Shown in pieces: positions 1 to 8,368 of a DNA stretch of 64,000 bases. The stretch covers positions 64,001 through 128,000 of the forward strand of contig JBHGAY010000006.1 in assembly GCA_041946735.1 (NCBI GenBank). The letters are read 5' to 3'. Each line of letters begins with the position of its first letter. Position 1 is the stretch's first letter. The position numbers were made by a program, and so were the translations under genes. Under the pieces are notes generated by a model that saw only the letters and a program-made list of their open reading frames with translations, was not told the DNA's origin and searched no databases. This DNA comes from Candidatus Eiseniibacteriota bacterium. GTDB taxonomy: Bacteria > Eisenbacteria > RBG-16-71-46 > CAIMUX01 > VGJL01.

Positions 1-630
1 GTCGTGATCCCAGACGCCGTCGGAGTCGAAGTCCCACCGGACGATGATCTCTTCGGGCGGATCGATGTCGTCCTCTGTCGTCGACGCATCGAAGGTGAAG
101 AAGGTCTGCGTCGTCCCCGAGGCAGGAGTGATGACGATCTGCGGGCGAGGCGGCCGCAGATCGCCGCCCATGTTCAGAATGCGGACGGTGACCAGGTCCG
201 ATCGAGTCGTGTTGCCCGCGACGTCGAATGCCTTCGAGAAGAGCCTCACCTTCGTCCCGTTGGTCAGTAGCCGCGTGTACCAGCGGGCGAAGTAGACGGA
301 GGCGCCCTCGGTCGCGTGGAGCGTGTCGGGAAGAGCCTCGTCACCGTTGGGCTGGTCGAACGACCCGATCATCTCCGACTCACCGTCGTTCTCCGAGGTC
401 GACCAGATCTCGACTCGCGAGAGGTCGTTGTCGTCCTTCGCCTCGACGAAGATGTCGAGGGAGTCGGAGACGTCGAACAGTTCTCCTACTTCGGGAGCCG
501 GATAGAGGAACCGGGTCTCGGGAGCGGTTGCGTCATCCTTCGTCGAGACAGCGTCCTCGGAGCACGACGAGAGGACCGAGGCGCCGGCCAGAAGCAGGCA
601 ACCGAGCAGGAACCAATGGACGCGCCGCAT
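1..630 (-). CDS. Lipoprotein with Ig-like and PKD-like domains (3' part outside window)
   Basis: Hand-translated, absent from ORF track (no stop in window): MRRVHWFLLGCLLLAGASVLSSC (lipobox) ...AFDVAGN...FTFDASTTEDD...VRWDFDSDGVWD; GGAGG upstream. Confidence 0.8.
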   Translation of the reverse strand, partial: MRRVHWFLLGCLLLAGASVLSSCSEDAVSTKDDATAPETRFLYPAPEVGELFDVSDSLDIFVEAKDDNDLSRVEIWSTSENDGESEMIGSFDQPNGDEALPDTLHATEGASVYFARWYTRLLTNGTKVRLFSKAFDVAGNTTRSDLVTVRILNMGGDLRPPRPQIVITPASGTTQTFFTFDASTTEDDIDPPEEIIVRWDFDSDGVWDHD

Positions 631-714
631 ACCCACCCCTCCGTGGACCACCCCAACCCCCTGGCGGTGTCAGTAGAAACTCGTCCCGCGCGGGACTCGT
701 CACCGTTCGGGAGG

Positions 715-744
715 ACTATACCGGCGCCTCCACGGCTCCGTCAA
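715..744 (-). promoter_or_regulatory. Sigma70-like promoter for the lipoprotein gene
   Basis: Minus strand TTGACG (744-739), 18 nt, TATAGT (720-715). Confidence 0.5.
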
Positions 745-829
745 CGGACCCCATCGGGCGTTCCTCGATCCGCCGAAGTCCCCTCAGGGCGCCATGGACG
801 GCGGACGAGATGACCTCCGCGCTGGCCGC

Positions 830-927
830 TTTTCCACATTCCTTTCCACACGGTTGTGCGAAACCGGGCCAAGCGGCCGCGGAGCGCCGTGAGGCAGGGG
901 GAGACTCTGTGGACAAGCGGTGGACAA
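830..927. promoter_or_regulatory. DnaA-box cluster (5 box-like 9-mers)
   Basis: TTTTCCACA 830-838, CTTTCCACA 842-850, TGTGCGAAA 855-863, TGTGGACAA 908-916, GGTGGACAA 919-927 versus consensus TTATCCACA/TGTGGATAA. Confidence 0.65.
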
Positions 928-942
928 GGGTCGAAAGCCTCG

Positions 943-1413
943 TCAATTCGCCGACTTCGTTCCGGTGCGTCCGTAGATCTCTTCGTCCTCCGGCGTCGTG
1001 TAATCGCCCGGGGAACCCAGGCTCGAGCCCCGCGGCGTGTCGACCTCCTGCGAGGTTCCGGAAGCTTGCGCGGGCATCTGGCAGGCGCCCTGGAAAAACA
1101 CCCCCTCCTCGATCACAAGGGACTGCGTGATGAGATCGCCCTCCACGTAGGCTCCCTTGCGCAGCTCGATTCGGTGATGACCGGCGATTCTCCCGATGAC
1201 CTTGCCCATGACGAGGACCTCGGCTGCATCCACGTCGGCGTTCACGCTCCCGGTCGCGCCGACGATCACCTTCGCGCGCGCGACGAGCGACCCCTCCAGG
1301 CTTCCCTCGAGCCGCAGGTCGCCCTCCGCGTGAATGTCTCCCCGGATCGTCACCCCTTCCTGGATGAGCGACTGGGACCGCGAGATTGCCGGCTCAGACG
1401 TCTTTCCGAACAT
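943..1413 (-). CDS. Bactofilin (polymer-forming cytoskeletal protein)
   Basis: SLIQEGVTIRGDIHAEGDLRLEG...VEGDLITQSLVIEEGVFFQGACQM beta-helix pattern. Confidence 0.92.
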   Translation of the reverse strand: MFGKTSEPAISRSQSLIQEGVTIRGDIHAEGDLRLEGSLEGSLVARAKVIVGATGSVNADVDAAEVLVMGKVIGRIAGHHRIELRKGAYVEGDLITQSLVIEEGVFFQGACQMPAQASGTSQEVDTPRGSSLGSPGDYTTPEDEEIYGRTGTKSAN

Positions 1414-1497
1414 CGATTCCTCCCGATCCGTCGACGCTCCCTCCTGGCCTCGGAAGCTCTCGACGTTGAAGTCGAATGCCGTACCGGGGCAAATGTC

Positions 1498-2361
1498 CTA
1501 GTGGCGCTCCTCTTCCGGCGCGTAGCCGCGAAAGAACCGCCCTGGTCCGAACGGACGCCCCTCCTTCGCGATCTCGAAGTGGAGGTGGGGCGCGCTGCTC
1601 TGGCCGGTGCTACCAAGCCGGGCGATCGCCTGGCCCGCGCGCACCGAGTCGGATTCGGCGACAAGAAGCTGCTCGTTGTGTCCGTAGCGAGAGACCCACC
1701 CGTCATCGTGCCGCAGGATGACGAGATTGCCGAAGACCGCATCCCAGGAAGCGAACTCGACGATTCCATCCGCGGCCGCTCGCACCTCGGACCCCGGAGC
1801 GCCGGCGACGTCGACGCCGAGATGGCTCGAGGCGTCCGCGCCGGGGCGGAATCCGCGGCTGACGCGGCCGGCGAACGGTATGCAGCGGAACGGGGTTCCC
1901 GCGGCGCCCGGCGTCAAGTCCCCGCTCGACACATCGGCCGCGGCCGCGATCGCCTCCGCGCGAACATCCTGCCCGTCCAGCCCCACGGGGGTCTCTTCCT
2001 GGGAGTCCGTGAGCTCGAGCAGCTGCCGTCGCAGACGGTCGATCTTCGCCACCTCGTCCTCGATTGCGGCGAGCCGGTCCATCTGCGCGCGCAGCGTCAG
2101 ATTCTCCTTACGGACCTCTCGCAGCACGAGGGTGTCACGGATCAGCCTCCCGTAGAGAACGCCGCCGGCAACGACCAGCATAAAACCAGCGAGCAAGATC
2201 GTGGCGAGCAACCGTAGCGACCAGCTCGGAAGCTCGATCTGAAACGGACGCTCCGCTTTCGCGGAAGTGATCGTCAGCACGAGACTGTTCCGGTCCGCTT
2301 CCGCATGCTTGCGCAGCCATCCGGCCCCGCGCTCGATCAGCCCGGGCGCGCGCATCATCAA
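1498..2361 (-). CDS. M23 family metallopeptidase with TM helix and coiled coil
   Basis: HLGVD, YGH and HLHFE zinc motifs; N-terminal hydrophobic helix; ATGA overlap with parB stop. Confidence 0.92.
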   Translation of the reverse strand: MMMRAPGLIERGAGWLRKHAEADRNSLVLTITSAKAERPFQIELPSWSLRLLATILLAGFMLVVAGGVLYGRLIRDTLVLREVRKENLTLRAQMDRLAAIEDEVAKIDRLRRQLLELTDSQEETPVGLDGQDVRAEAIAAAADVSSGDLTPGAAGTPFRCIPFAGRVSRGFRPGADASSHLGVDVAGAPGSEVRAAADGIVEFASWDAVFGNLVILRHDDGWVSRYGHNEQLLVAESDSVRAGQAIARLGSTGQSSAPHLHFEIAKEGRPFGPGRFFRGYAPEEERH

Positions 2362-3278
2362 TGCACCTGAACTCCGAGCAGCTCGAGGATCCGCTCGAGC
2401 TCGGATTGGTCAGAGAAGAGGATCTCCAGACGTCCATGACCTTTCCGGCGCACCTGAAGCCGCACGCTCGTGCCCACGACGCGGCGGATCGCCTCCTCGA
2501 CCCTGCCGAGATGCGGATCGCGCGCTGTGGACTTCCGCGTCTTCGCCGACCCGGAGACGTCGGCCGTCGCATCGGTTTCTACAAGCTTCCGCTCGAGATC
2601 GCGTACCGACCACCGCTTGCGGAGCACACGCTCGGCCCACAGGCGCTGATCCGGCTCGCGCGCGAGGCCAAGCAGCGCGCGCGCGTGCCCGACGCTGAGC
2701 CTTCCCTCCCCGACATGCTCCTGCAGATCGGGCGGCAGCCGGAGGAGACGGATCAGGTTCGTGACCGTGGAACGCTCCTTGCCCACCTGCCGGGCAATCT
2801 CGTCGTGCGTGCGGCCGAACTCCTCTGCGAGCAACTGATAGGCGCGCGCTTCGTCGATCGGATTCAGATCCTCGCGCTGCAGATTCTCGACGAGCGCGAC
2901 TTCGAGGCTTTCCTTATCGGTTAGATCAACGATTACTATTGGAACTTCATTCAGCCCTGCCTCTTGGGCGGCTCGAAGCCTTCTCTCCCCCGCCACAAGC
3001 TCGAACCCCTCACCCGACCGGCGCACGAGCAGAGGCTCGAGCACGCCCCGCAGGCGGACGGAGGAGACCAGCTCCTCCATCTTGGCAGGGTCCACGCTCT
3101 TGCGCGGCTGCCAGGGATTCGGCCGGATCCTCTCGATGGCGACTCGCGTCTCTGCCGCCTGTCCTCCGGCTTCGTTCGTCGCGACGGCCCCGGCTCTCTG
3201 CATCGATCGGCCCGGCTCCGGGGATGCCTGACGGGGAATCAGTGCCTCGAGACCTCTACCGAGCGCCTTCCTGGTCAT
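2358..3278 (-). CDS. parB: ParB/Spo0J chromosome partitioning protein
   Basis: MTRKALGRGLEALI, NPWQPR, AGERRLRA, ENLQREDLNPIDEA, HTH. Confidence 0.97.
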   Translation of the reverse strand: MTRKALGRGLEALIPRQASPEPGRSMQRAGAVATNEAGGQAAETRVAIERIRPNPWQPRKSVDPAKMEELVSSVRLRGVLEPLLVRRSGEGFELVAGERRLRAAQEAGLNEVPIVIVDLTDKESLEVALVENLQREDLNPIDEARAYQLLAEEFGRTHDEIARQVGKERSTVTNLIRLLRLPPDLQEHVGEGRLSVGHARALLGLAREPDQRLWAERVLRKRWSVRDLERKLVETDATADVSGSAKTRKSTARDPHLGRVEEAIRRVVGTSVRLQVRRKGHGRLEILFSDQSELERILELLGVQVH

Positions 3279-4035
3279 TCTCCAAGATCTCCTTCGCCAG
3301 GCCGACGTAGCTGGCCGCGCCGACGCAGTGGGGGTCGTACAGGGTGATGGGGCTTCCGAAGCTCGGGGCTTCGCCAAGCCTTACGTTCCGCGGGATCATG
3401 GTGCGGTATACCTGATCGCCGAAGTAGTGGCGTGCTTCTTCCGCGACCTGGAGCGAGAGGTTCAATCTTCCGTCGTACATCGTGAGAAGGATCCCCTCGA
3501 TGCGAAGGGTCGGATTCAGCGACTCTCGAACCCGATCGAGGGTCTCCATCAAACGCCCGAGCCCCTCGAGCGCGTAGTACTCGCACTGAATCGGGACGAG
3601 CACGGACTCGACGGCCGTGAGGGCGTTCAGCGTCAGGAAGCCTAGTGATGGGGGGCAGTCGAGGAACACGTAGCGGTAGCGATCGCGCAACGGGGCGATC
3701 CTCTGGCGAAGGATGATCTCCCTGTCGGGAAGATCGACCAGTTCGATCTCGGCTCCCGCCAGACGCGCGTCGCCAGGCAAGAGGTCAAGTCCCTCGACGA
3801 CGGTGCTTCGTATCGCCTGCTCGGCGTCCCCGGAACCTATCAGGACCTCGTAGGTCGTCGTGTCCTGTGGTTCCACACGAACGCCAAGTCCTGAAGACGC
3901 ATTGCCTTGCGGGTCCAGATCGATCAGGAGGATCTTGCGATCCGAGGCCGCCAAGGCCGCGGACAGATTGACCGCCGTCGTCGTCTTGCCCACCCCACCC
4001 TTCTGATTGGCGACGGCGATCACTCGCCCCATCAT
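3256..4035 (-). CDS. parA: ParA/Soj ATPase
   Basis: ANQKGGVGKTTT, DLDPQGNAS, DCPPSLG, PRNVRLGEAPSFG. Confidence 0.97.
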   Translation of the reverse strand: MMGRVIAVANQKGGVGKTTTAVNLSAALAASDRKILLIDLDPQGNASSGLGVRVEPQDTTTYEVLIGSGDAEQAIRSTVVEGLDLLPGDARLAGAEIELVDLPDREIILRQRIAPLRDRYRYVFLDCPPSLGFLTLNALTAVESVLVPIQCEYYALEGLGRLMETLDRVRESLNPTLRIEGILLTMYDGRLNLSLQVAEEARHYFGDQVYRTMIPRNVRLGEAPSFGSPITLYDPHCVGAASYVGLAKEILENDQEGAR

Positions 4036-4216
4036 GCCTCCCCCTCGTGCCTGCCCATCGCGCCCTTCGTCCCTCACTCCTCGTCGACCATCCCAACGCA
4101 GGTCCTCGCCCGGCGGGGGACCATCAACCGAATTCGACGACGGCCAGCGCGCCCTCGTGAGGGTGTAACGCCGGGCTCGCGCGAAAGCTAACAACGGGGA
4201 CATGCACGGTCAACGA

Positions 4217-4232
4217 GGTTTCACGTGAAACA
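4217..4232. promoter_or_regulatory. parS: parS site 1
   Basis: GGTTTCACGTGAAACA, 15/16 match to TGTTTCACGTGAAACA, upstream of parA. Confidence 0.92.
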
Positions 4233-4298
4233 TGCGACCGCTCGCCGCGGAATTTCCACAGCGACGCCTGGAGCGATTCCATCTCACAAAGCGATCGA

Positions 4299-4314
4299 CG
4301 TTTCACGTGGAACA
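4299..4314. promoter_or_regulatory. parS: parS site 2
   Basis: CGTTTCACGTGGAACA. Confidence 0.9.
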
Positions 4315-4406
4315 TCGCGACGCGACTCGACCACGGTGGAGTCAGGCGCAGGCGCGAAGGCGTCTGCTTCGGCCAGCCTGGTCGGCCCCTGTGTTGAGCT
4401 TGCGAT

Positions 4407-5135
4407 CTAGACGAGCTTGCGAATCGTCAGGAGGTGACCGGGTGACCAGGGAATGCGGAGCACCTGCTCCAGCTGGAACTCGCCAGACTCGAGAAGGCGC
4501 GCCCCGCGAGCCTTTTCGACGTCCTCCATCCATCCCGGGCCTTTGAAGGTGATGACTTGTCCGCCCCGCTCGAGGAGCGGGCCGAATTCCCTCAACGTCG
4601 TCGGAAGGTCGGCGACGGCGCGCGCGAACAGGACCCGGAACTCTCCCACCATTTCCCCTCGCTGCAAGAGGGTCTCGACTCTGAGGGGTAGGATCGAGAT
4701 GCCATCGAGATCGAGGAGCCTGGCGATCCGCTCTAGAAAGATGCACCTTTTGCGCGCGCTTTCGATCAGAACGAGATCCCGGGCCGGCTCCCAGAGTTTC
4801 AGAACCATGCCGGGAAGGCCTGCTCCGGTCCCGACGTCGACCCACCGATGCTCCGCTCCTTCGTCTACGGCGAGAAGCGGTCCCAGCGAGGCGCCTATGT
4901 GCTTCACGACGACGTTGTCAACGTCCTGCCGCGAAAGCAGCCCGACATCTTTATTCCAACCAATGAGTTCCGTAGTAAATCGTAGCAAACGTTCTTTTAT
5001 CTCGCCCGTCATCTCGAGGCGAAACGGCCGCATCTGCATCTCCAGACGATCGAGCTGCCTGCGGAAGTTCTCGACGTCCCGGCCGGGCGTGTCCCCTACG
5101 CGGCCTCTCCGCCGTCTCCCCCGGTTTCTCCTCAT
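4407..5135 (-). CDS. rsmG: 16S rRNA m7G527 methyltransferase RsmG/GidB
   Basis: WVDVGTGAGLPG, IES..KR..FL, ARAVA, FKG; start uncertain. Confidence 0.93.
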   Translation of the reverse strand: MRRNRGRRRRGRVGDTPGRDVENFRRQLDRLEMQMRPFRLEMTGEIKERLLRFTTELIGWNKDVGLLSRQDVDNVVVKHIGASLGPLLAVDEGAEHRWVDVGTGAGLPGMVLKLWEPARDLVLIESARKRCIFLERIARLLDLDGISILPLRVETLLQRGEMVGEFRVLFARAVADLPTTLREFGPLLERGGQVITFKGPGWMEDVEKARGARLLESGEFQLEQVLRIPWSPGHLLTIRKLV

Positions 5136-5161
5136 GTGCCCAAATCCGGCCTCGAAGGGCG

Positions 5162-6922
5162 TCAGCGGCGCTTGCCGCGTCCCTGGCCCCGGCGCGGTTC
5201 CTCTTCGGCGCCGACGAGAGCGACGGCCGGTGCGCTCCGGTTCATCCAGATCTGCTGGAGGACCGTCATCAGGTTGTTCACGGTCCAGTAGAGGACGAGA
5301 CCCGAAGGGGTCGAATAGAAGAGAAAGGTGAAGAAGATCGGCATGATGTAGCCGAGGCTCGCCTGCCGCGGATCCGAAGGGGTGATCTTCTGCTGCCAGA
5401 CCATCGTCGCCGCCATGATCAGCGGCATCACGTTCACCGGGAACCCGGCAAGATGAGCGACGGTGTCGGGGGCCGCGAGATCGCGGATCCAGAGGACGAA
5501 CGGCTCCTTCCGCAACTGGATGGCGTTGGCGAGAACGTAATAGAGACCCGACAGCACGGGCAGCTGGATCAGCACCGGCAGACACCCTCCGAGAGGGTTG
5601 ATCTTGTTCTTCCGGTACAGCTCGAGCGTCTCCTCCTGCTTCCGCTTCGGATCGTTCTTGAACTTCTCGTTGATGCGGTCCAGCTCCGGCTTCAACATTT
5701 GCATCTGCTTCATCGAGTGCATGCTCTTCTTCGTGAGCGGATAGAAGAGGAAGCGGAGCAGCACGGAGAGGATCACGATCTCGAAGCCGTAGTTCGGCAC
5801 GATCTTGTTCAATCCCTCGAAGAACTTCATCAGGAGCTTCGAGAAGGGGCGTAGCACGCCGGGACCGAGATCCTGCACCCTCTCCAACCCGACGCCATAG
5901 CTATCCAGGATGCTGTAGTGGATCGGCCCCAGGTAGAGGCGATAGTCGCGTTCCGTGGGACCCTCGAGGGACAGCGGCTCGAGGAGCAGAGCGCTCGCGC
6001 TCCGCGCCTCGCCGTCGTAACCGGTCAGCACCCGTCGCTCCGAAGGGGAGTCGAGGATCAGCGCGCCCAGGAAATATCGGTTCCTCACGCCCAGCCACCG
6101 AAGCGTCCCCTCGTGGACTTCGTTCTTCTCCCCGCCGGTCCCGCGCGCGCACCCGAAGCCGCCCCCCGCGTGCGTGCGAATGTACTCCTTCCCGAAGAGA
6201 GCGACCGACGAGATGGCGGCCGCCTCGCTCCGAGTATCCTTCTCGAGTAGCGGCAGGCCATCCACCCACCCGATCTCCCAGTACGCCTCCTGCCCCTCCG
6301 GCACACCGCTGACCTTGACCGCGAGACCGCAATCGTATCGATCCCGGGGGACCGAGAACGTCTTCTCGATTCGCAGGCCCGACGCGTCCTCCGCGGTAAA
6401 GCGGATGACCTTCGCGCCGTTCTCGTCGCTCACGCTCGTTTGGAACAACGTCGAATCCGTCCGAACGACCCTCCCCCCAATGTGCAGGGCGAACCAGAGC
6501 GCGCCCAGGTCCCGCCCGTGCCGAACGAGGTCCGCCGGTTCCCCCTGCGGCCCCGTGTAGGAGTGAAGTCGCCAGCTGCGCAGCGATCCGCCCAGGGGGT
6601 CGAACTCGGCATCGACGTATGTGGTGGCGATCTGGACCGTCTCTGCCGTGCCGGCCGCGGGGGCCGAGACATTCCGAAGCACACCCGATGGGCTCGGGAC
6701 ACCTGGCGCGCCTTCCGCGCCCCTACGAAGAGCGGAAGCGCCGGCAAGACCCGAATCGGCACCGGCAGGAGGAGCAGGAGCAGGAGCGGCCGTCTCCGGC
6801 GCGACGGATGTGGTGTCGGCCGGCGTCGTCGGCGGCGGAGCGGTCTTCTTTCCGAACAGAAACGAGTTGAGGACGAGGACGAGAATCATCAGCCCGACAG
6901 CCAGCAGGAAACGGCGGTCCAT
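5162..6922 (-). CDS. yidC: Membrane protein insertase YidC
   Basis: N-terminal TM, periplasmic domain, NYGFEIV..., INPLGGCLP.LIQ.P, PSGLVLYWTVNN. Confidence 0.97.
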   Translation of the reverse strand: MDRRFLLAVGLMILVLVLNSFLFGKKTAPPPTTPADTTSVAPETAAPAPAPPAGADSGLAGASALRRGAEGAPGVPSPSGVLRNVSAPAAGTAETVQIATTYVDAEFDPLGGSLRSWRLHSYTGPQGEPADLVRHGRDLGALWFALHIGGRVVRTDSTLFQTSVSDENGAKVIRFTAEDASGLRIEKTFSVPRDRYDCGLAVKVSGVPEGQEAYWEIGWVDGLPLLEKDTRSEAAAISSVALFGKEYIRTHAGGGFGCARGTGGEKNEVHEGTLRWLGVRNRYFLGALILDSPSERRVLTGYDGEARSASALLLEPLSLEGPTERDYRLYLGPIHYSILDSYGVGLERVQDLGPGVLRPFSKLLMKFFEGLNKIVPNYGFEIVILSVLLRFLFYPLTKKSMHSMKQMQMLKPELDRINEKFKNDPKRKQEETLELYRKNKINPLGGCLPVLIQLPVLSGLYYVLANAIQLRKEPFVLWIRDLAAPDTVAHLAGFPVNVMPLIMAATMVWQQKITPSDPRQASLGYIMPIFFTFLFYSTPSGLVLYWTVNNLMTVLQQIWMNRSAPAVALVGAEEEPRRGQGRGKRR

Positions 6923-6934
6923 CGCGATCTCCGC

Positions 6935-7201
6935 CTACCGGTTGCGCAGACTCGACTCGACGAGGAGATCCCGTCGATTCGAGCGTCGTGCGGGTGGAAC
7001 CGGGTCGTAGCCGTGCGGCCCGAAAGGATGGCAACGCAGCAGCCGCCTCGCGGCCAGCATCGCTCCGCGCCATGGCCCATGGGTCAGAACCGCTTCCTCG
7101 GCAAAACGCGAGCAGCTCGGCTGGAAGCGGCAGCAGGCCGGCAGAAACGGAGCGACCGCGCTCCTGTAGAGGCGCAACAGCGCCAGGATCGATTTCGTCA
7201 A
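6935..7201 (-). CDS. yidD: Membrane protein insertion efficiency factor YidD
   Basis: [22 protein letters not shown]. Confidence 0.95.
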   Translation of the reverse strand: MTKSILALLRLYRSAVAPFLPACCRFQPSCSRFAEEAVLTHGPWRGAMLAARRLLRCHPFGPHGYDPVPPARRSNRRDLLVESSLRNR

Positions 7202-7755
7202 GAATCCCCCGCGGCGAAGTCCGTGGTTTGCTCGAGAAGGCCCGCCTGATCGTAGAGGTCCCGGAGATCTCCCGCCACTTCGATGGAAGAGGCCCCGGCG
7301 CAGGCAGGTCGCGCTATCAGGATGAGGTCGCAGGCGGCACGCCTGAGCTGGGGACGCCAGAAGCGGAAGGCTTCGCGAAGCAGCCGTTTGCAGCGGTTGC
7401 GCTTGACGGCGTTGCCCACCTTGCGGCTCGCGACCACCGCATACCGCAGCGGGGTCCCCGCGGAGCCCGCAGGTCGGTCCGTCGGTCGAGACGACACGAT
7501 GAGAACGAGCAGGCGGCCGTGAAAGGCCGCCCCCGCCTTGTACGCGTCGGTAAATGCCTGTCTGTGTCGAATTCGCCCCGGGTGAGTGCGGCGTGCGGGA
7601 TACGCGGGACTTACTGGACGGTGAGACGATGACGCCCCTTCGCCCGGCGGCGGCTCAACACCTTGCGACCGTTCGGAGTCCTCATCCGGATCCGGAAGCC
7701 GTGCGTCCGGCGTCTCCGTCGGTTGTGTGGCTGATACGTCCTCTTCACCAAGCAC
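7198..7755 (-). CDS. rnpA: Ribonuclease P protein component, N-terminally extended across rpmH
   Basis: [23 protein letters not shown] (RNR motif); only canonical start upstream of the core is GTG 7755. Confidence 0.9.
   Translation of the reverse strand: MLGEEDVSATQPTETPDARLPDPDEDSERSQGVEPPPGEGASSSHRPVSPAYPARRTHPGRIRHRQAFTDAYKAGAAFHGRLLVLIVSSRPTDRPAGSAGTPLRYAVVASRKVGNAVKRNRCKRLLREAFRFWRPQLRRAACDLILIARPACAGASSIEVAGDLRDLYDQAGLLEQTTDFAAGDS
7611..7748 (-). CDS. rpmH: 50S ribosomal protein L34 (45 aa, not in ORF track)
   Basis: GTG start, [52 protein letters not shown]. Confidence 0.97.
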   Translation of the reverse strand: MKRTYQPHNRRRRRTHGFRIRMRTPNGRKVLSRRRAKGRHRLTVQ

Positions 7756-7807
7756 CTCCGGTCCTTTCCGGGGCCCATCCCCCGCCTGCGGGCAAGCGCA
7801 GACGATC

Positions 7808-7837
7808 AGGCTAAACCGGCCGCCGAAATGAAGTCAA
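7808..7837 (-). promoter_or_regulatory. Putative rpmH/rnpA promoter
   Basis: Minus strand TTGACT, 18 nt, TAGCCT. Confidence 0.45.
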
Positions 7838-7959
7838 GCCGGAACCTCGATTCTCTCCCGACGCAAGGCCTTACCCCAGGCCCCGGCAACCCCGGGCACG
7901 GCCCGGCTCGTGGGCTGCCTCCGAACGAGCTTCGTGACGATGCGTACATGGGAGCCAGC

Positions 7960-8340
7960 GTGCAAGTTACACACTCATGAAGAAACTGTGAAAAAACCAG
8001 ATTGCCCGTCGTCGAGACGCGATGCTAGAGTGCCGCTCCCAGGGCTCGGTGATGGGTTGTTGAAAAGTGTCGCGGGGGGCTGACGAATCAAAAGTTACCA
8101 CCGTTTGACCGTTCGTCGTGCTCTCGGTCCCTTGTTCATGAGGGATTGGAGAGCGCGGTAGGATTCCACACGGACGACGCTGAGAAGATCCTTGTGTAAA
8201 GCGCGTTAGCAATTCTACGAGCGCGTGGAATCCGATCGAGGCGAACCAGACGGGCGTCTGCGCGTCCGAACCCCGTTCCACATTCCCCCATCCTCCCCAC
8301 ACGGGACAAGCCTTGTGGATAACTATGTCGATAAGACGGT
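7960..8340. promoter_or_regulatory. oriC sub-region upstream of dnaA (DnaA boxes)
   Basis: Perfect TGTGGATAA 8314-8322, TGTCGATAA 8326-8334, degenerate boxes at 7987, 8162, 8193, 8224, 8274, 8293; locally AT-richer. Confidence 0.75.
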
Positions 8341-8368
8341 AGACAGTTCCTTCATCGTGGAGGTTCCT

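Noticed and set aside
8225..8368. Extended DnaA N-terminus from the ORF track
   Set aside because: It runs through DnaA boxes; the SD supports a start near 8369.
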